Part shown: piece after piece, positions 25,475-34,905 of the stretch
Layout of the letters: each line of letters begins with the position of its first letter
How positions within the stretch are numbered: the first letter of the stretch is position 1
From: a virus
Lineage: Duplodnaviria > Caudoviricetes
IMG/VR virus record: IMGVR_UViG_3300024251_000011
Coordinates: 1 to 46,598 of that record
Strand: one strand, 5' to 3'
Length of the DNA: 46,598 nt
Notes under the pieces: model-generated
What the model saw: only the letters and a program-made list of their open reading frames with translations
Database searches by the model: none
What the model was told of the DNA's origin: nothing
Made by a program: the position numbers and the translations under genes

Positions 25475-26875
25475 CTACTCGCCGCGAACGACAACGAACG
25501 TCATGCCGCTCAATGCATCGAGACGCGCGCACTTGCCAGGGTTACGGCAGAAGAGCTGGTAGCGCTTGTAATACCACGCTTCCCAGGCGTGCTTCGCGTT
25601 CGTGCCCGTGCCGTCGCGCACGAGAATTTCGCCGCTCGTGCCGGACACCCACTTGCCCTTTTCGGACGTGTAGCGAACGAAATCGCCGCCCTTGGTGTCC
25701 ACGAGGAACATCTGACGCAGGCCGAGCGTGCGGATCGCTTTGTAGGCGACCGAACCCATCGTCAGATCTTCCTGTTGGAATGCGGCCGTGCCGCCGTCAG
25801 GATTGCGACGGCTAGCGGAGTCGGCATAGCGACGATCGGCCTGCGTGAGCAGAATGTAAACGCGGCGCACCGAATGATGCGACCAGATCGCATCGATCTC
25901 ACCATCGAGGCGCTGATTCACGATGTCGGACACGCGCTGAAGTAAATCGAACGACAGCGCGCCCGTGGCCGACGAGACATACGCCCCGTAGTTCGGATAG
26001 AGGGAACGATCGACGCCGAAATAATTCTGACGGTAGGTGCCGTCATCGATCAGCGCGGTCAACCCCCAGGGCGCCTTTTCGTAGGCCGTATCGTTCGTGT
26101 CGGTTACGGCATTGTTCGCGGCCTGGACCACGAAATCGCCGGTTGTCCACGATGGCGACGCCGCGAGCGTCACATCCGTGCCGTCCGTGTTGACGGCGGT
26201 GACTTTCGGCGTGTTCGTGCGGATGGCACCGCTCGCGGGATCGATCGCGGCAAGCGCCATGCCTTTCTTGATGTAGCGGTTGCCGAAGGCCGACGTGATC
26301 GCCACGCCGCTCGAAGAGATGTTGCCGGGCGAGTTCAGTTCCAACGTGGCGCCACTCGTGGTCGCGTCCACAATACCGAAGACGCCGCGCCCGTCCGTGC
26401 CCAGGTAGAACTCTTCGCGATACGAGATGTCGTCGATCAGGCGCTCCATGTTTTCGGTGCGCGTGGACCGATAGGCGCCTTCCTTCGACTGCGAATCGTC
26501 GAGCTGTTCCTGCGTCACGCGCCACCGCGCCATGATCTTGCGCTGCGTGATGAAGCCGGTGATGTATTTCTGGTTGTCGGCGACAGGAATCGCCGAGTCC
26601 TGACCAACGGCCATCGGCGAGTTGTTGCGCTCGACGTGCGCCGACCATTCCTTACCGCGCCCGCCGTTCCACGGCGAGTCTTTCACCTTGAACGCATCGC
26701 GGAGCTGAAACTTTTTCAGCACGCCTTCGGCGATGACATCCTCGTAGGTGTTTTTGAGCAGGCCGTCTTCTGTCGTCGTGTCGGACCCTGGACCGGCCCA
26801 GAGCGTGCCGACCGGCATCACGGCGAAGATGCCGACCAGCATGAAGAGCAGATTGGAGAGACTGAATCGTCGCAT
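25475..26875 (-). CDS. Major capsid protein
   Basis: GLLKNTYED...ERNNS...IPVADNQ...SKEGAY...GTDGRG...GLTALIDDG...YFGVDRS...RNPGKCARL; follows the scaffold gene; 466 aa. Confidence 0.9.
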   Translation of the reverse strand: MRRFSLSNLLFMLVGIFAVMPVGTLWAGPGSDTTTEDGLLKNTYEDVIAEGVLKKFQLRDAFKVKDSPWNGGRGKEWSAHVERNNSPMAVGQDSAIPVADNQKYITGFITQRKIMARWRVTQEQLDDSQSKEGAYRSTRTENMERLIDDISYREEFYLGTDGRGVFGIVDATTSGATLELNSPGNISSSGVAITSAFGNRYIKKGMALAAIDPASGAIRTNTPKVTAVNTDGTDVTLAASPSWTTGDFVVQAANNAVTDTNDTAYEKAPWGLTALIDDGTYRQNYFGVDRSLYPNYGAYVSSATGALSFDLLQRVSDIVNQRLDGEIDAIWSHHSVRRVYILLTQADRRYADSASRRNPDGGTAAFQQEDLTMGSVAYKAIRTLGLRQMFLVDTKGGDFVRYTSEKGKWVSGTSGEILVRDGTGTNAKHAWEAWYYKRYQLFCRNPGKCARLDALSGMTFVVVRGE

Positions 26876-26901
26876 ACGAATTTCCTTCAGACCAAGATCG
26901 A

Positions 26902-27798
26902 TCAGCGACCGGAGGCTTCGGCGAGCTTCTCAGCGGCGTCGAGCATTTCGGGCACAGACATCTTGGAGTAGTCGGGTTTCGGGACTTGCGCGACGACCGG
27001 CTGTGCGCCCCCGCTACGCGGCACTCGTGGCCGTTGCGTAATGGGAACCGTGGCCTGCCTGCGCGCCGGTTCGAGCATGTCTGACACGTATTCCTTCACG
27101 AAGTCGGCGATGAGCGTCGGATCCAACTGTTCGAACCGCTTTTTGAACGTCGCGAACGCTTCCGGATCGGCGCGCTCGTCTGGAACCATCGCATCGAACG
27201 CGGCGTGGAGCTTACGTTGCTGGCCCGGCGTCAACTTATCCGTGCCGATCTCGGCGGCGAATTCAGCATCGAGGTCGCCGAGGAACTTGTCGGTGTGCTG
27301 ATTCCACACATGATCACGTGCGGCCGTGATCGATTCACCGTTAGCGATCAGCGCCTGCACCTGAGTCACGAGTTGAGGCGTGATGCCCTTCAGGTGCGCG
27401 AACTGCGGCAGCGCAAAGAACGCCGCTGCGATCTTCTCCGCTTCGGCCGCATCCGGATCGGGCGGCGTGACGCCAGCGAGTGCCTGGATCCTCTTGTCGC
27501 GCGTCGCGATCTCGCTCTTCAGACGTTCCAGTTCTTGCGCCGTTCGATTGACGAGCAGTTCCGCCTTTTTGTGCTTTTCCGGATCGACCCAATTCGTGCG
27601 GTCTTCCTTGAAGCTGTAGGTCTTTTCGGAACCGCCAGCGGCGGCTGCGGCGGCGCCCTTGTCGCCTCCGTCGCCACCAGCGGCGGCGCCCTTGTCGCCT
27701 CCATCGCCACCAGCGGCGGCAGCTCCAGCGGCAGCATCGACCCAGAGGAATCCCATCGGCGACGTGATGAAACGCGAACGACAGTAGCGTTCAAACAT
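26902..27798 (-). CDS. Capsid scaffolding protein
   Basis: Between portal and capsid; low-complexity N-terminus (AAAGGDGGDKG twice), coiled coil, Pro-rich linker, short C-terminal helix. Confidence 0.8.
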   Translation of the reverse strand: MFERYCRSRFITSPMGFLWVDAAAGAAAAGGDGGDKGAAAGGDGGDKGAAAAAAGGSEKTYSFKEDRTNWVDPEKHKKAELLVNRTAQELERLKSEIATRDKRIQALAGVTPPDPDAAEAEKIAAAFFALPQFAHLKGITPQLVTQVQALIANGESITAARDHVWNQHTDKFLGDLDAEFAAEIGTDKLTPGQQRKLHAAFDAMVPDERADPEAFATFKKRFEQLDPTLIADFVKEYVSDMLEPARRQATVPITQRPRVPRSGGAQPVVAQVPKPDYSKMSVPEMLDAAEKLAEASGR

Positions 27799-27906
27799 GG
27801 ATCATCCTATGCGGCCCGTGAGCCGCAGACTTACGCGTGATGCGTGTGAAACAGTGGAACATCGGCGTCAAAGTGAGATCGAGTCTCATTTATCGATTTG
27901 CGGTTG

Positions 27907-27936
27907 AGCATACGCGCCGTCGTAGATCCTGTCAAC
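27907..27936 (-). promoter_or_regulatory. Putative internal promoter for scaffold/capsid genes
   Basis: TTGACA (27936-27931), 18 bp, TATGCT (27912-27907) in the portal-scaffold gap. Confidence 0.55.
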
Positions 27937-27951
27937 AAATGTCGCGAGATC

Positions 27952-30510
27952 TTACACGCCAACGGCCGGTTGCGCGGTCGATCCGACCGGCGCGCTGTTA
28001 TGCGCGGAGTTCGACATCGCCATCGCGGCGCCCTGCGGCGGCGCGGCGGCGGCGCCAGGCGGCGGCGCAGCAGGAGGCGTCCCAATTGGCAACTCCTGCG
28101 ATCGACGAAACGCCTGATCGACTTCAGGAATCGCGAGGTCTGGCCCCTTGAGCGCCACGATTGTCTTGATCGGATCCGGCAACGGCTGATTCTGCTGTGC
28201 GATCTTCGAATCGAGTTCGCCGAGATACTTGCCGACGAAATACTTCGCTTGCGGCAGCTCACGGAAAAGCTGGATCGTATCTTCGGATACGGCCCACTTC
28301 ACCAGCTCAATGCGATGCACGCGCGCGTCATACCACGGCAACAACGTGAACGGATAATCGGGATCGCTCGATGGATCGGGCGGCGGAAGCGGCGCGGGCG
28401 GCGTCGGCGCACCGGCCACGATCGGCGGCGCACCTGGAGCACTCGGCGGCGGCGCACCAGCCGATGCTAAGGGGGCGGTTACGGTGGAGATGCCGGTCGC
28501 GCCTGGCGAGCCAACAGCGATCGGGGGCGCCGCTGGCTGCGGCACGAAGCTCATCGCGTTCGGCTGGCGCACCCACTGCACGAAGGCTTCCTGATTCTGT
28601 AACGCGCACACGTGCTGTTTGTCGATCGTCGGAATCAGATCGGTCTGTCCCAATTTCTGAGAGATCGCATAGCGCGTGTCGGGATCGCTCATGTCCACGC
28701 CGCCGAGCGACTTCAGATGTTCGATCGAGGCGCGTTCCGCCAGCGTCGTTTTCGGTTTCGTTGAGCCATCAGCCACGTCATAGGTGACTTCGCCGTCGAG
28801 ATCCGCTGTGCGGAATGTTTCGAACGAATACCCGCGCCCGGCCGTCGCCACGGATTGCACACGTTCGCTCTGACCGAATTCACGTTCGATCTCCATTTGT
28901 GAACGCGACACATCGCGGAAGCAATTCGCGCGCGATTGGAACGCGCCCGCGAAGCGCGCCTCGCCCGCTTCGATCAAGAGCTGCATCGTCGAGAACGCTT
29001 CGACATTCGGCGGCTTCACGCCTTTCAGAATGTCGTTCGTGCCTAGGCCCGCATCGATCTCCAGCGCGATCTGTTGACGCAGATTGACCCAGGCGCTCGG
29101 CGGATTCTGCCCAGGCCATTGCTCCGGCTTCCCGCCGCCAGGCGCGGGCGCGTATTCCGCCATCAGGCCGGGCATCGCGGGCGAATCGCCCATCCACTGA
29201 ATGTCCTGCCCTTTCGGCTTAATGATTTGCGGGATCGCCATGCGCGTCATCATCATTTCGTAAATCGAATCGAGCCGATTGAGCTGATCGAATTTCTGAA
29301 TGACCGGATCGAGCGCGCTCGACGCAATGACCCGGCCGCCGACGTGTTCATATCCCGCGTGATGGAACGTCCAGAGCGGATCGCCCTTCGCATCGTGATA
29401 CGGCAACGGCCCTGGCAACCCCTCAGACTCAATGTGCAGCACGATCGGATTCGAATCGCCGACGACGCGCAGCACTAGGCCGTCCGGATGTTCCTGCGTC
29501 GGCTTTTCCCACAGCTCGTATTCCGATACGCCCTCTTCCTCGCCGGTCCAGCCACCAGCGCCCGATCCGGAAGGATTCAGCTCAGTCTGGAACGGGAGCG
29601 ACTGAAAAATCTGCAATGATCGTTCGCCTGGCGTCTTCGCGAACTGAATTTTCGACACGTAGTCTTTGAGTTCCGAGTTCTCTTCGTAATACCGCTTCGT
29701 GCGCCAGCGCAATCGGATCAGGCGATCGACATCCTTCCACCGCGCGCGCTGCATCGGAAATGCGACTTCAAGCGGCGACAGGGGTGTCGTGACGGTTTGG
29801 CCCTGCGGCACATGATCGACGCGCGGCGAGCTGTCAGGATTGGTCGCGCGCGTGAATGCCTGCTTGCCGCACGCCGGACATTTCTGTCCGGCCTTCGCGA
29901 TGGCATCGCTCGTCAGTTCCAGGCCACACGAGGCGCACTTCTCATAGGGAATGACGGCGAATTTCCCGTTGTCATCGTAGGACACGTGATAAATCACGTT
30001 GCCGCACACGATGAACCAGAAATCGCCCTCGTGTAACACGGTGTCCATGTCATTCGCGGTGTAGAGGACGGGCGCGAGCTTGTCGGCCGTCGTCGCCGTG
30101 AGCACGGACTTCGCGTCGTTTTTCAGCGGACGCACATCGACGCCGAGATTGGCCGACGTGAACATCGAGCGGATCGCTTGCAGCCCTTCCTTCGGCTTCG
30201 ATGTCACTGGACGCGGCACGCCGCGCGCAATGCGCGCGTCCATCCACCCATTCGTGCGATCGTAGATGCCGAGCCATTGTCGCAGGTTGATGTAGTGCAG
30301 ATTGCGCGTCCAGATCCGCTCGAAGCGCCAGCGATCGGCGAAGCTCTCGCGTTTGGCTTGATTGAACCGTTCGAGATATTGCGCGTCCGTCGTGCCCGTG
30401 GCGCCGGAAGAAATGATCGCGGGCGCTTTCGGTCCTGACGGGCCGCCCGGAGTGATTACACCGGGCGCTTTCCCAAGCAGCGCCGGATCCATTGCGAGTC
30501 CCGCAGCCAT
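27952..30510 (-). CDS. Portal protein (P22-like) with zinc-ribbon insertion and Pro-rich C-terminal region
   Basis: W..NLHY....QW, DVRPLKND.KS...A..ADK, PLSPLEV, Q..LNRLDS; CASC...CPAC; position between TerL and scaffold. Confidence 0.88.
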   Translation of the reverse strand: MAAGLAMDPALLGKAPGVITPGGPSGPKAPAIISSGATGTTDAQYLERFNQAKRESFADRWRFERIWTRNLHYINLRQWLGIYDRTNGWMDARIARGVPRPVTSKPKEGLQAIRSMFTSANLGVDVRPLKNDAKSVLTATTADKLAPVLYTANDMDTVLHEGDFWFIVCGNVIYHVSYDDNGKFAVIPYEKCASCGLELTSDAIAKAGQKCPACGKQAFTRATNPDSSPRVDHVPQGQTVTTPLSPLEVAFPMQRARWKDVDRLIRLRWRTKRYYEENSELKDYVSKIQFAKTPGERSLQIFQSLPFQTELNPSGSGAGGWTGEEEGVSEYELWEKPTQEHPDGLVLRVVGDSNPIVLHIESEGLPGPLPYHDAKGDPLWTFHHAGYEHVGGRVIASSALDPVIQKFDQLNRLDSIYEMMMTRMAIPQIIKPKGQDIQWMGDSPAMPGLMAEYAPAPGGGKPEQWPGQNPPSAWVNLRQQIALEIDAGLGTNDILKGVKPPNVEAFSTMQLLIEAGEARFAGAFQSRANCFRDVSRSQMEIEREFGQSERVQSVATAGRGYSFETFRTADLDGEVTYDVADGSTKPKTTLAERASIEHLKSLGGVDMSDPDTRYAISQKLGQTDLIPTIDKQHVCALQNQEAFVQWVRQPNAMSFVPQPAAPPIAVGSPGATGISTVTAPLASAGAPPPSAPGAPPIVAGAPTPPAPLPPPDPSSDPDYPFTLLPWYDARVHRIELVKWAVSEDTIQLFRELPQAKYFVGKYLGELDSKIAQQNQPLPDPIKTIVALKGPDLAIPEVDQAFRRSQELPIGTPPAAPPPGAAAAPPQGAAMAMSNSAHNSAPVGSTAQPAVGV

Positions 30511-30514
30511 GCGC

Positions 30515-30865
30515 CTAATCCGCCTTCCGAACCGGGCCGTAATTCACGGTGCCGTCTTTGTGGAACCCGGCAGGCGCATGACGCGGATCATCTTCGAAGA
30601 TCGACGCCATCGCGCTCAGCGCTTCAAGTGGATCGGAAGGAATCGGCGCGGTGCGCTCGGATGTGAACGACGGAATCGGAATCTCGATGTTCGTGAGCTG
30701 CCGGAACATCATCGCGCGTTCTTTTTCGACCTGATTCACGCGCGTGATGAGAAATTCGATCATGGTCTGCTGCACGTCGCAGCGCCGCGTCAGTTCTTCA
30801 CGTCGGCCGCGCTCTGTTGCGAGTTCGTCGAGCGCGCGTTGATGCACGGTGCCAGTGACGATCAT
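30515..30865 (-). CDS. Coiled-coil hypothetical protein upstream of portal
   Basis: Start at the ATGA overlap (MIVTG); GGAG RBS. Confidence 0.7.
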   Translation of the reverse strand: MIVTGTVHQRALDELATERGRREELTRRCDVQQTMIEFLITRVNQVEKERAMMFRQLTNIEIPIPSFTSERTAPIPSDPLEALSAMASIFEDDPRHAPAGFHKDGTVNYGPVRKAD

Positions 30866-31248
30866 ATGGGCAGCTCTCCCGCGCGCGCTCTCGGCTTGCG
30901 CGTCGCGATTTCGATGTGATCCCACGCATGCAGCACCGAATCCGGCACCGCGAGCGTCGGATCGTTCACGATAGCGCGCAGCTCGTCTCTCAACGTGTCA
31001 TGGGTGACGATGAGGGGAATCGTCAGGGCGTCAGTGTCCGCGTAGAGCGCTCGCACCCGCTCCATCATCTGAGACGTGCCGAGCAGCGCGGCGGCATCGT
31101 GGTTCGATGTCTTAGTCGCGAAGAAGAGCAACGTCTTCACGAGATCGCGCGAAAGCTGGCCTTCGAAGGCGGCGACGAATGCGCGATACCAGCGGCCGGG
31201 CGTCACTTCGCGGTGCGCGTGAACCGTGGCTCGGATGATGGGGAACAT
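30862..31248 (-). CDS. Hypothetical protein
   Basis: Fills the TerL-portal gap; start uncertain. Confidence 0.6.
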   Translation of the reverse strand: MFPIIRATVHAHREVTPGRWYRAFVAAFEGQLSRDLVKTLLFFATKTSNHDAAALLGTSQMMERVRALYADTDALTIPLIVTHDTLRDELRAIVNDPTLAVPDSVLHAWDHIEIATRKPRARAGELPI

Positions 31249-31282
31249 CGATTTTTCACCGGCATCGTAACACGGCCGAGCC

Positions 31283-32956
31283 TCAACGCTCGCTCGCGCC
31301 CCAGAAATCACCCATACTCATCGGCGATAGCGTCTCCGTTTCGGACGCTTCGCACCGCGCGAGATATTCGATCTCAGCGCGCGTGCGTTCGTCGAGCGTC
31401 GAAAGATCGCGGCCGGACGCCTTTGGCGCGATCGTCGGCGGTTCAGGCCGCGACATCAGGAGATACCGGAGCGCCTTGGCCGCGATCGTCGGCCCGTCGC
31501 AATCTTCCTTGTTCGTCGGATGCTGCACGACTTGCGGCAACGTCCGCACCAACGTTTCGCAGTCCGGACTGATGATCAGCGCCGGTTCCATCCGCCCCTC
31601 GCGCTCCATCGGATCCAGCCAATGCTGCATCCGCTGCCAGCCGTTGACGGCCGCGTGGTCGGAGCTGAAGACCGGCAACCCCGCGTTGTAGAGCGTTTCG
31701 AAGACGCCTTCGCCGATCGGATCGTCCGGAATGTCGCTCGGCGGATTCGCCCAGACCGTGCTGAGCGCGATCTTCGCTTCCCGCATGCGCTCGACGATCG
31801 CGCGCCCGACAACGGCCGCGACCGTGAGGCTGAACTTGTGTTCGCGCTCCACATAGATGCGACCATCGGGCAGCACGACGGCTTGCAGGAAGATCCCGCC
31901 GATGAAATAGCCCCACTGCAAACCGCCGAGGCGCGGCAACGTGTGCGGCACTTCGCGCGGATCGAGCTTCCGCACATGGAACTTCGGATCGAACTTCGTG
32001 AAATATTGACCGACGACGGCGCCCCAATCGCCATCGAGCAACTGACGACGACGTTCCGGTTCGTATTCATACAAGCGATTTTCGTAGCTCGTATACGTGC
32101 CGTCCGGATCCATGTAGTAGGGATTGTCGTAGAGACTCGCGCTGATGTAGGTGTAATCGTTCGGGTTGTAGCGCGCGTTCTCTTCGATCGGCACATTCTT
32201 CGTGATGAAACGCGTGACGCAGTATTCGTGACCGGGACCGCCGGGATTCGTCGTGAGGACCATCCGACCGATGCGTCCGACCTTAGGATCGTTACGGACG
32301 CGTCCGGCGATGCCCACGATCTGCGTCTTCAACATCCGCGTCGCTTCGTCGCCGTGAAAGAAATCGTAATCTTCGGACAGATACTTTTCTTCGTCGCCAG
32401 GATGTTGGCAATGGCCGAACACGCATTTACCGAGAGTGCGCCGATGCGTGAGCACGGGCGGATTGCCGACCATGCTGAACACGAACTCCCCATACGCCGC
32501 GTTCAGGCGCATGACTTCGCGTTCGAGTTTGTCCATATGCGTGCGTTTCAGTTCTTCGCGCTCGCGCCGAACGAGGATCGCTCGAAAATCCTCCGTCGTG
32601 TCGATACTGCGGAGCATTTCCCAGCGGGCCGAATGGCTTTTCGTTCCGCCTGCGGATCCGCCCCAGAGTGTGTTCGGTGTCTCAGAGGCGTGCAACGTGA
32701 CGCCCTTCGGCGTCGGCAGGTAGAGCCAGGTGACGGACTTGTCGCCGATGTCGCTATCGGACGAACGCTTTTTCTCTTTCGTGATGCCGAAGCCGAAGTG
32801 GTAGCGATCGAATTCTAGATAGTTGCGAATCCGGTCGCCGGTCCATCCGTCGTGCTGCGATAGCCAGCATGTCCACTCCATCACGCCCCATTGATCGACT
32901 GGCGGCCAGAGCTTGCCGTTGGACGGAATGAAGCGCACTTGCGGACTTGTGATCAC
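31283..32956 (-). CDS. terL: Terminase large subunit; ATPase motifs present, nuclease site degenerate
   Basis: Walker A GGSAGGTKS, LVRRE, Walker B FFHGDEAT, TTNPGGPGH, LYDNPY, LLDGDW; C-terminal RNase H-like domain ending ALRYLLMSRP. Confidence 0.92.
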   Translation of the reverse strand: MITSPQVRFIPSNGKLWPPVDQWGVMEWTCWLSQHDGWTGDRIRNYLEFDRYHFGFGITKEKKRSSDSDIGDKSVTWLYLPTPKGVTLHASETPNTLWGGSAGGTKSHSARWEMLRSIDTTEDFRAILVRREREELKRTHMDKLEREVMRLNAAYGEFVFSMVGNPPVLTHRRTLGKCVFGHCQHPGDEEKYLSEDYDFFHGDEATRMLKTQIVGIAGRVRNDPKVGRIGRMVLTTNPGGPGHEYCVTRFITKNVPIEENARYNPNDYTYISASLYDNPYYMDPDGTYTSYENRLYEYEPERRRQLLDGDWGAVVGQYFTKFDPKFHVRKLDPREVPHTLPRLGGLQWGYFIGGIFLQAVVLPDGRIYVEREHKFSLTVAAVVGRAIVERMREAKIALSTVWANPPSDIPDDPIGEGVFETLYNAGLPVFSSDHAAVNGWQRMQHWLDPMEREGRMEPALIISPDCETLVRTLPQVVQHPTNKEDCDGPTIAAKALRYLLMSRPEPPTIAPKASGRDLSTLDERTRAEIEYLARCEASETETLSPMSMGDFWGASER

Positions 32957-32969
32957 AACGCGCGACGAT

Positions 32970-33173
32970 TCAGAACGGCGTCGGTGGAGGCGGCCCGAAG
33001 AAGACGAAGATCACGAGTAAGCACGCCAACGCGAATTTGATGAGCGCGATGGCTGGGCCGCCAGGTATCGATAATCCGACAAGCGCCAACAAGAGCGGCA
33101 GTGCATAAGCGAGAATCGCGATCAGGACTGCCACGTAAAACAAGCGCCACAGGATTCCCTTAATCGTCTCCAC
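32970..33173 (-). CDS. Small 2-TM membrane protein
   Basis: AAGGAGG RBS; two hydrophobic helices. Confidence 0.75.
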   Translation of the reverse strand: METIKGILWRLFYVAVLIAILAYALPLLLALVGLSIPGGPAIALIKFALACLLVIFVFFGPPPPTPF

Positions 33174-33216
33174 GGCCCCTCCTTCGTATTCGAGAGCGCC
33201 TCATTCTTCCACACTT

Positions 33217-33414
33217 TCATCGTGACGGCCGTGTCTTTCGCCGCAGCGCCTTCATACTGGCGCCATCGTCGCCGCGCTGTTGGCGCCGCTCACTGAGCGC
33301 AATCGCAATGGCTTGTTTCGGATCGCTGACGACCTGGCCGCTCGACGATCCGCTATGCAGCTCGCCGTGTTTGAATTCGCGAATGACGCCTGGAATATCT
33401 TTCGGCATTTTCAT
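33217..33414 (-). CDS. DUF6496-like protein
   Basis: VIREFKHGELHSGS...VVSDPKQAIAIALSE; ATGA overlap. Confidence 0.8.
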   Translation of the reverse strand: MKMPKDIPGVIREFKHGELHSGSSSGQVVSDPKQAIAIALSERRQQRGDDGASMKALRRKTRPSR

Positions 33415-33992
33415 CCTTCGAGAATTGTGAGGCCATATTGTGCCTCGAAATGCGCTTTCTTCCAACGGTAGAGCGGCGTCCGCATGCCCTTCGTGTCCTC
33501 GATCACTTTTTCGACGACGATGTGCGGCGTATTCTGCATGTCACGATACCGGAAGTCCGCACGATATTCCCCGAGCCGGATCACTTCACCGTCCAGGCGC
33601 ATGATCGACAACTCGAAACGCACCTGAAGTTCCAGCTCGGCGATCATCCCAGCACGTTCGAGCTGCATCAGTGCGACGCAGCGGCGCGCCTCCTTCAGAC
33701 TGCCGAACCAACGGCCGACGACGCCGACGCGCGCCGCTCGATCCGCCAGTGAGCCTATGCCTTTCAGCGGATGTTCGGAGATTGCCTCCGCCTGTTCGAT
33801 ATCTGGTTTCGTGAAGAGCGTGCCGTCTGAAGTGACGATACACGGGATCGCACGATACTTAGTTTTCTGTGCATCAGGAACGTCTTGCGGCGCGCTGGAC
33901 GGCTGGATATCTGATGACTGGCGGCGCGCGCGTAGTTTTTCCTCGTGGCGCGCCACGTCTTCTTCGGTCCATCGGCCAGCATTCGCGCTCAT
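33411..33992 (-). CDS. DUF1064-family PD-(D/E)XK nuclease
   Basis: KYRA...FGSLKEARR...LELQVRFEL...YRADFRY...IEDTKG...YRWKK. Confidence 0.85.
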   Translation of the reverse strand: MSANAGRWTEEDVARHEEKLRARRQSSDIQPSSAPQDVPDAQKTKYRAIPCIVTSDGTLFTKPDIEQAEAISEHPLKGIGSLADRAARVGVVGRWFGSLKEARRCVALMQLERAGMIAELELQVRFELSIMRLDGEVIRLGEYRADFRYRDMQNTPHIVVEKVIEDTKGMRTPLYRWKKAHFEAQYGLTILEG

Positions 33993-34567
33993 GGCTTATC
34001 GTCCTGTGGGGGCGTGGCGGGCGTGGCCCGTAAACGCTCGATTTCACGAAGGAGCGCAGGAATGTCCTGACGCGCATGCGCGATAAAGTCGGCGTCTACC
34101 TCAGAACTCGCGATACCGCCTGACTCGTAGTCGTAATTCGCGCATATTTCCACTCCGAACTCTGTAGAAATACGGTGCCAGTCGTCGTCGCTGATCCAGT
34201 GTCGGTGCGTCGCTTCACCAAAACGCTCAGGATCTGATGGCGTTCCGACGCTTCGCATCACAACTGGACCGCATCGCTCGCAGAAAGCGCATTTGTCGGT
34301 GCCGCTGTAGACGTGGGCTTCAGCAGTCCAGCCTATTTTCCACGGTCCTTTCGTTGCCGCTGCTTCGCGTGCCTTGATCGGTTCAAGGTCTAGGGCGGGC
34401 TCGTCCTTCACCGACAGGGAGGCCGACAGCGCACGTTCTGCGGGACCGTTATCTGAAATCGTGTGGCCGTTTCCAGCCGACATCGAATAGAACATCGGCC
34501 CGTGCTTCCCGCAGTCGCCGCTCGTCACCGCTTCGCAATCGCGACACCCAATCATTCTGACGTTCAT
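33989..34567 (-). CDS. Ead/Ea22-like protein
   Basis: LDLEPIKAREAAATKGPW...DADFIAHARQDIPALLREIERLR. Confidence 0.75.
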   Translation of the reverse strand: MNVRMIGCRDCEAVTSGDCGKHGPMFYSMSAGNGHTISDNGPAERALSASLSVKDEPALDLEPIKAREAAATKGPWKIGWTAEAHVYSGTDKCAFCERCGPVVMRSVGTPSDPERFGEATHRHWISDDDWHRISTEFGVEICANYDYESGGIASSEVDADFIAHARQDIPALLREIERLRATPATPPQDDKP

Positions 34568-34905
34568 TTCGGCTCTCCTGAGAGACGCGCGGGCTCGGTG
34601 GGAGAAGCCGCCATCAATTCCCTCGCGATGCGAGCCATACATGCAGACCGGCACGCGGCTGGCCCGAAATTACGGTCCTGTTCAGACCGCGCGAGTAGCG
34701 ACTTGATGTCGCTTAGGAGTTGACGAGAACGCAACGCAATCGGGTCTGGAATACCACGTTCCCAGGCTTCGCACGAATTTCCGTCCCACCGCGGCCGAAC
34801 CGATTCACCATAACTCGGACAGTCAGATGCATGATCACCGAAACGAGCCGACCATCGTTCGATCGGACAAGTGCATTGCAGCGGCGCAGACACGTCGTCA
34901 GTCAT
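34564..34905 (-). CDS. Hypothetical Cys-containing protein
   Basis: AAGGAG RBS and ATGA overlap; CTC...H...CP. Confidence 0.65.
   Translation of the reverse strand: MTDDVSAPLQCTCPIERWSARFGDHASDCPSYGESVRPRWDGNSCEAWERGIPDPIALRSRQLLSDIKSLLARSEQDRNFGPAACRSACMARIARELMAASPTEPARLSGEPK

Noticed and set aside
26795-26875. Sec signal peptide on the major capsid protein
   Set aside because: The stretch is hydrophobic, but capsid export is implausible. The shared PxGxLW motif in non-hydrophobic leaders explains it better, though this is not proven.
31520-32818. Long antisense or alternative-frame ORFs (also 17739..18974, 14049..14876, 20703..21494, 45740..46564)
   Set aside because: Shadows of real genes in GC-rich DNA, with no recognisable motifs.
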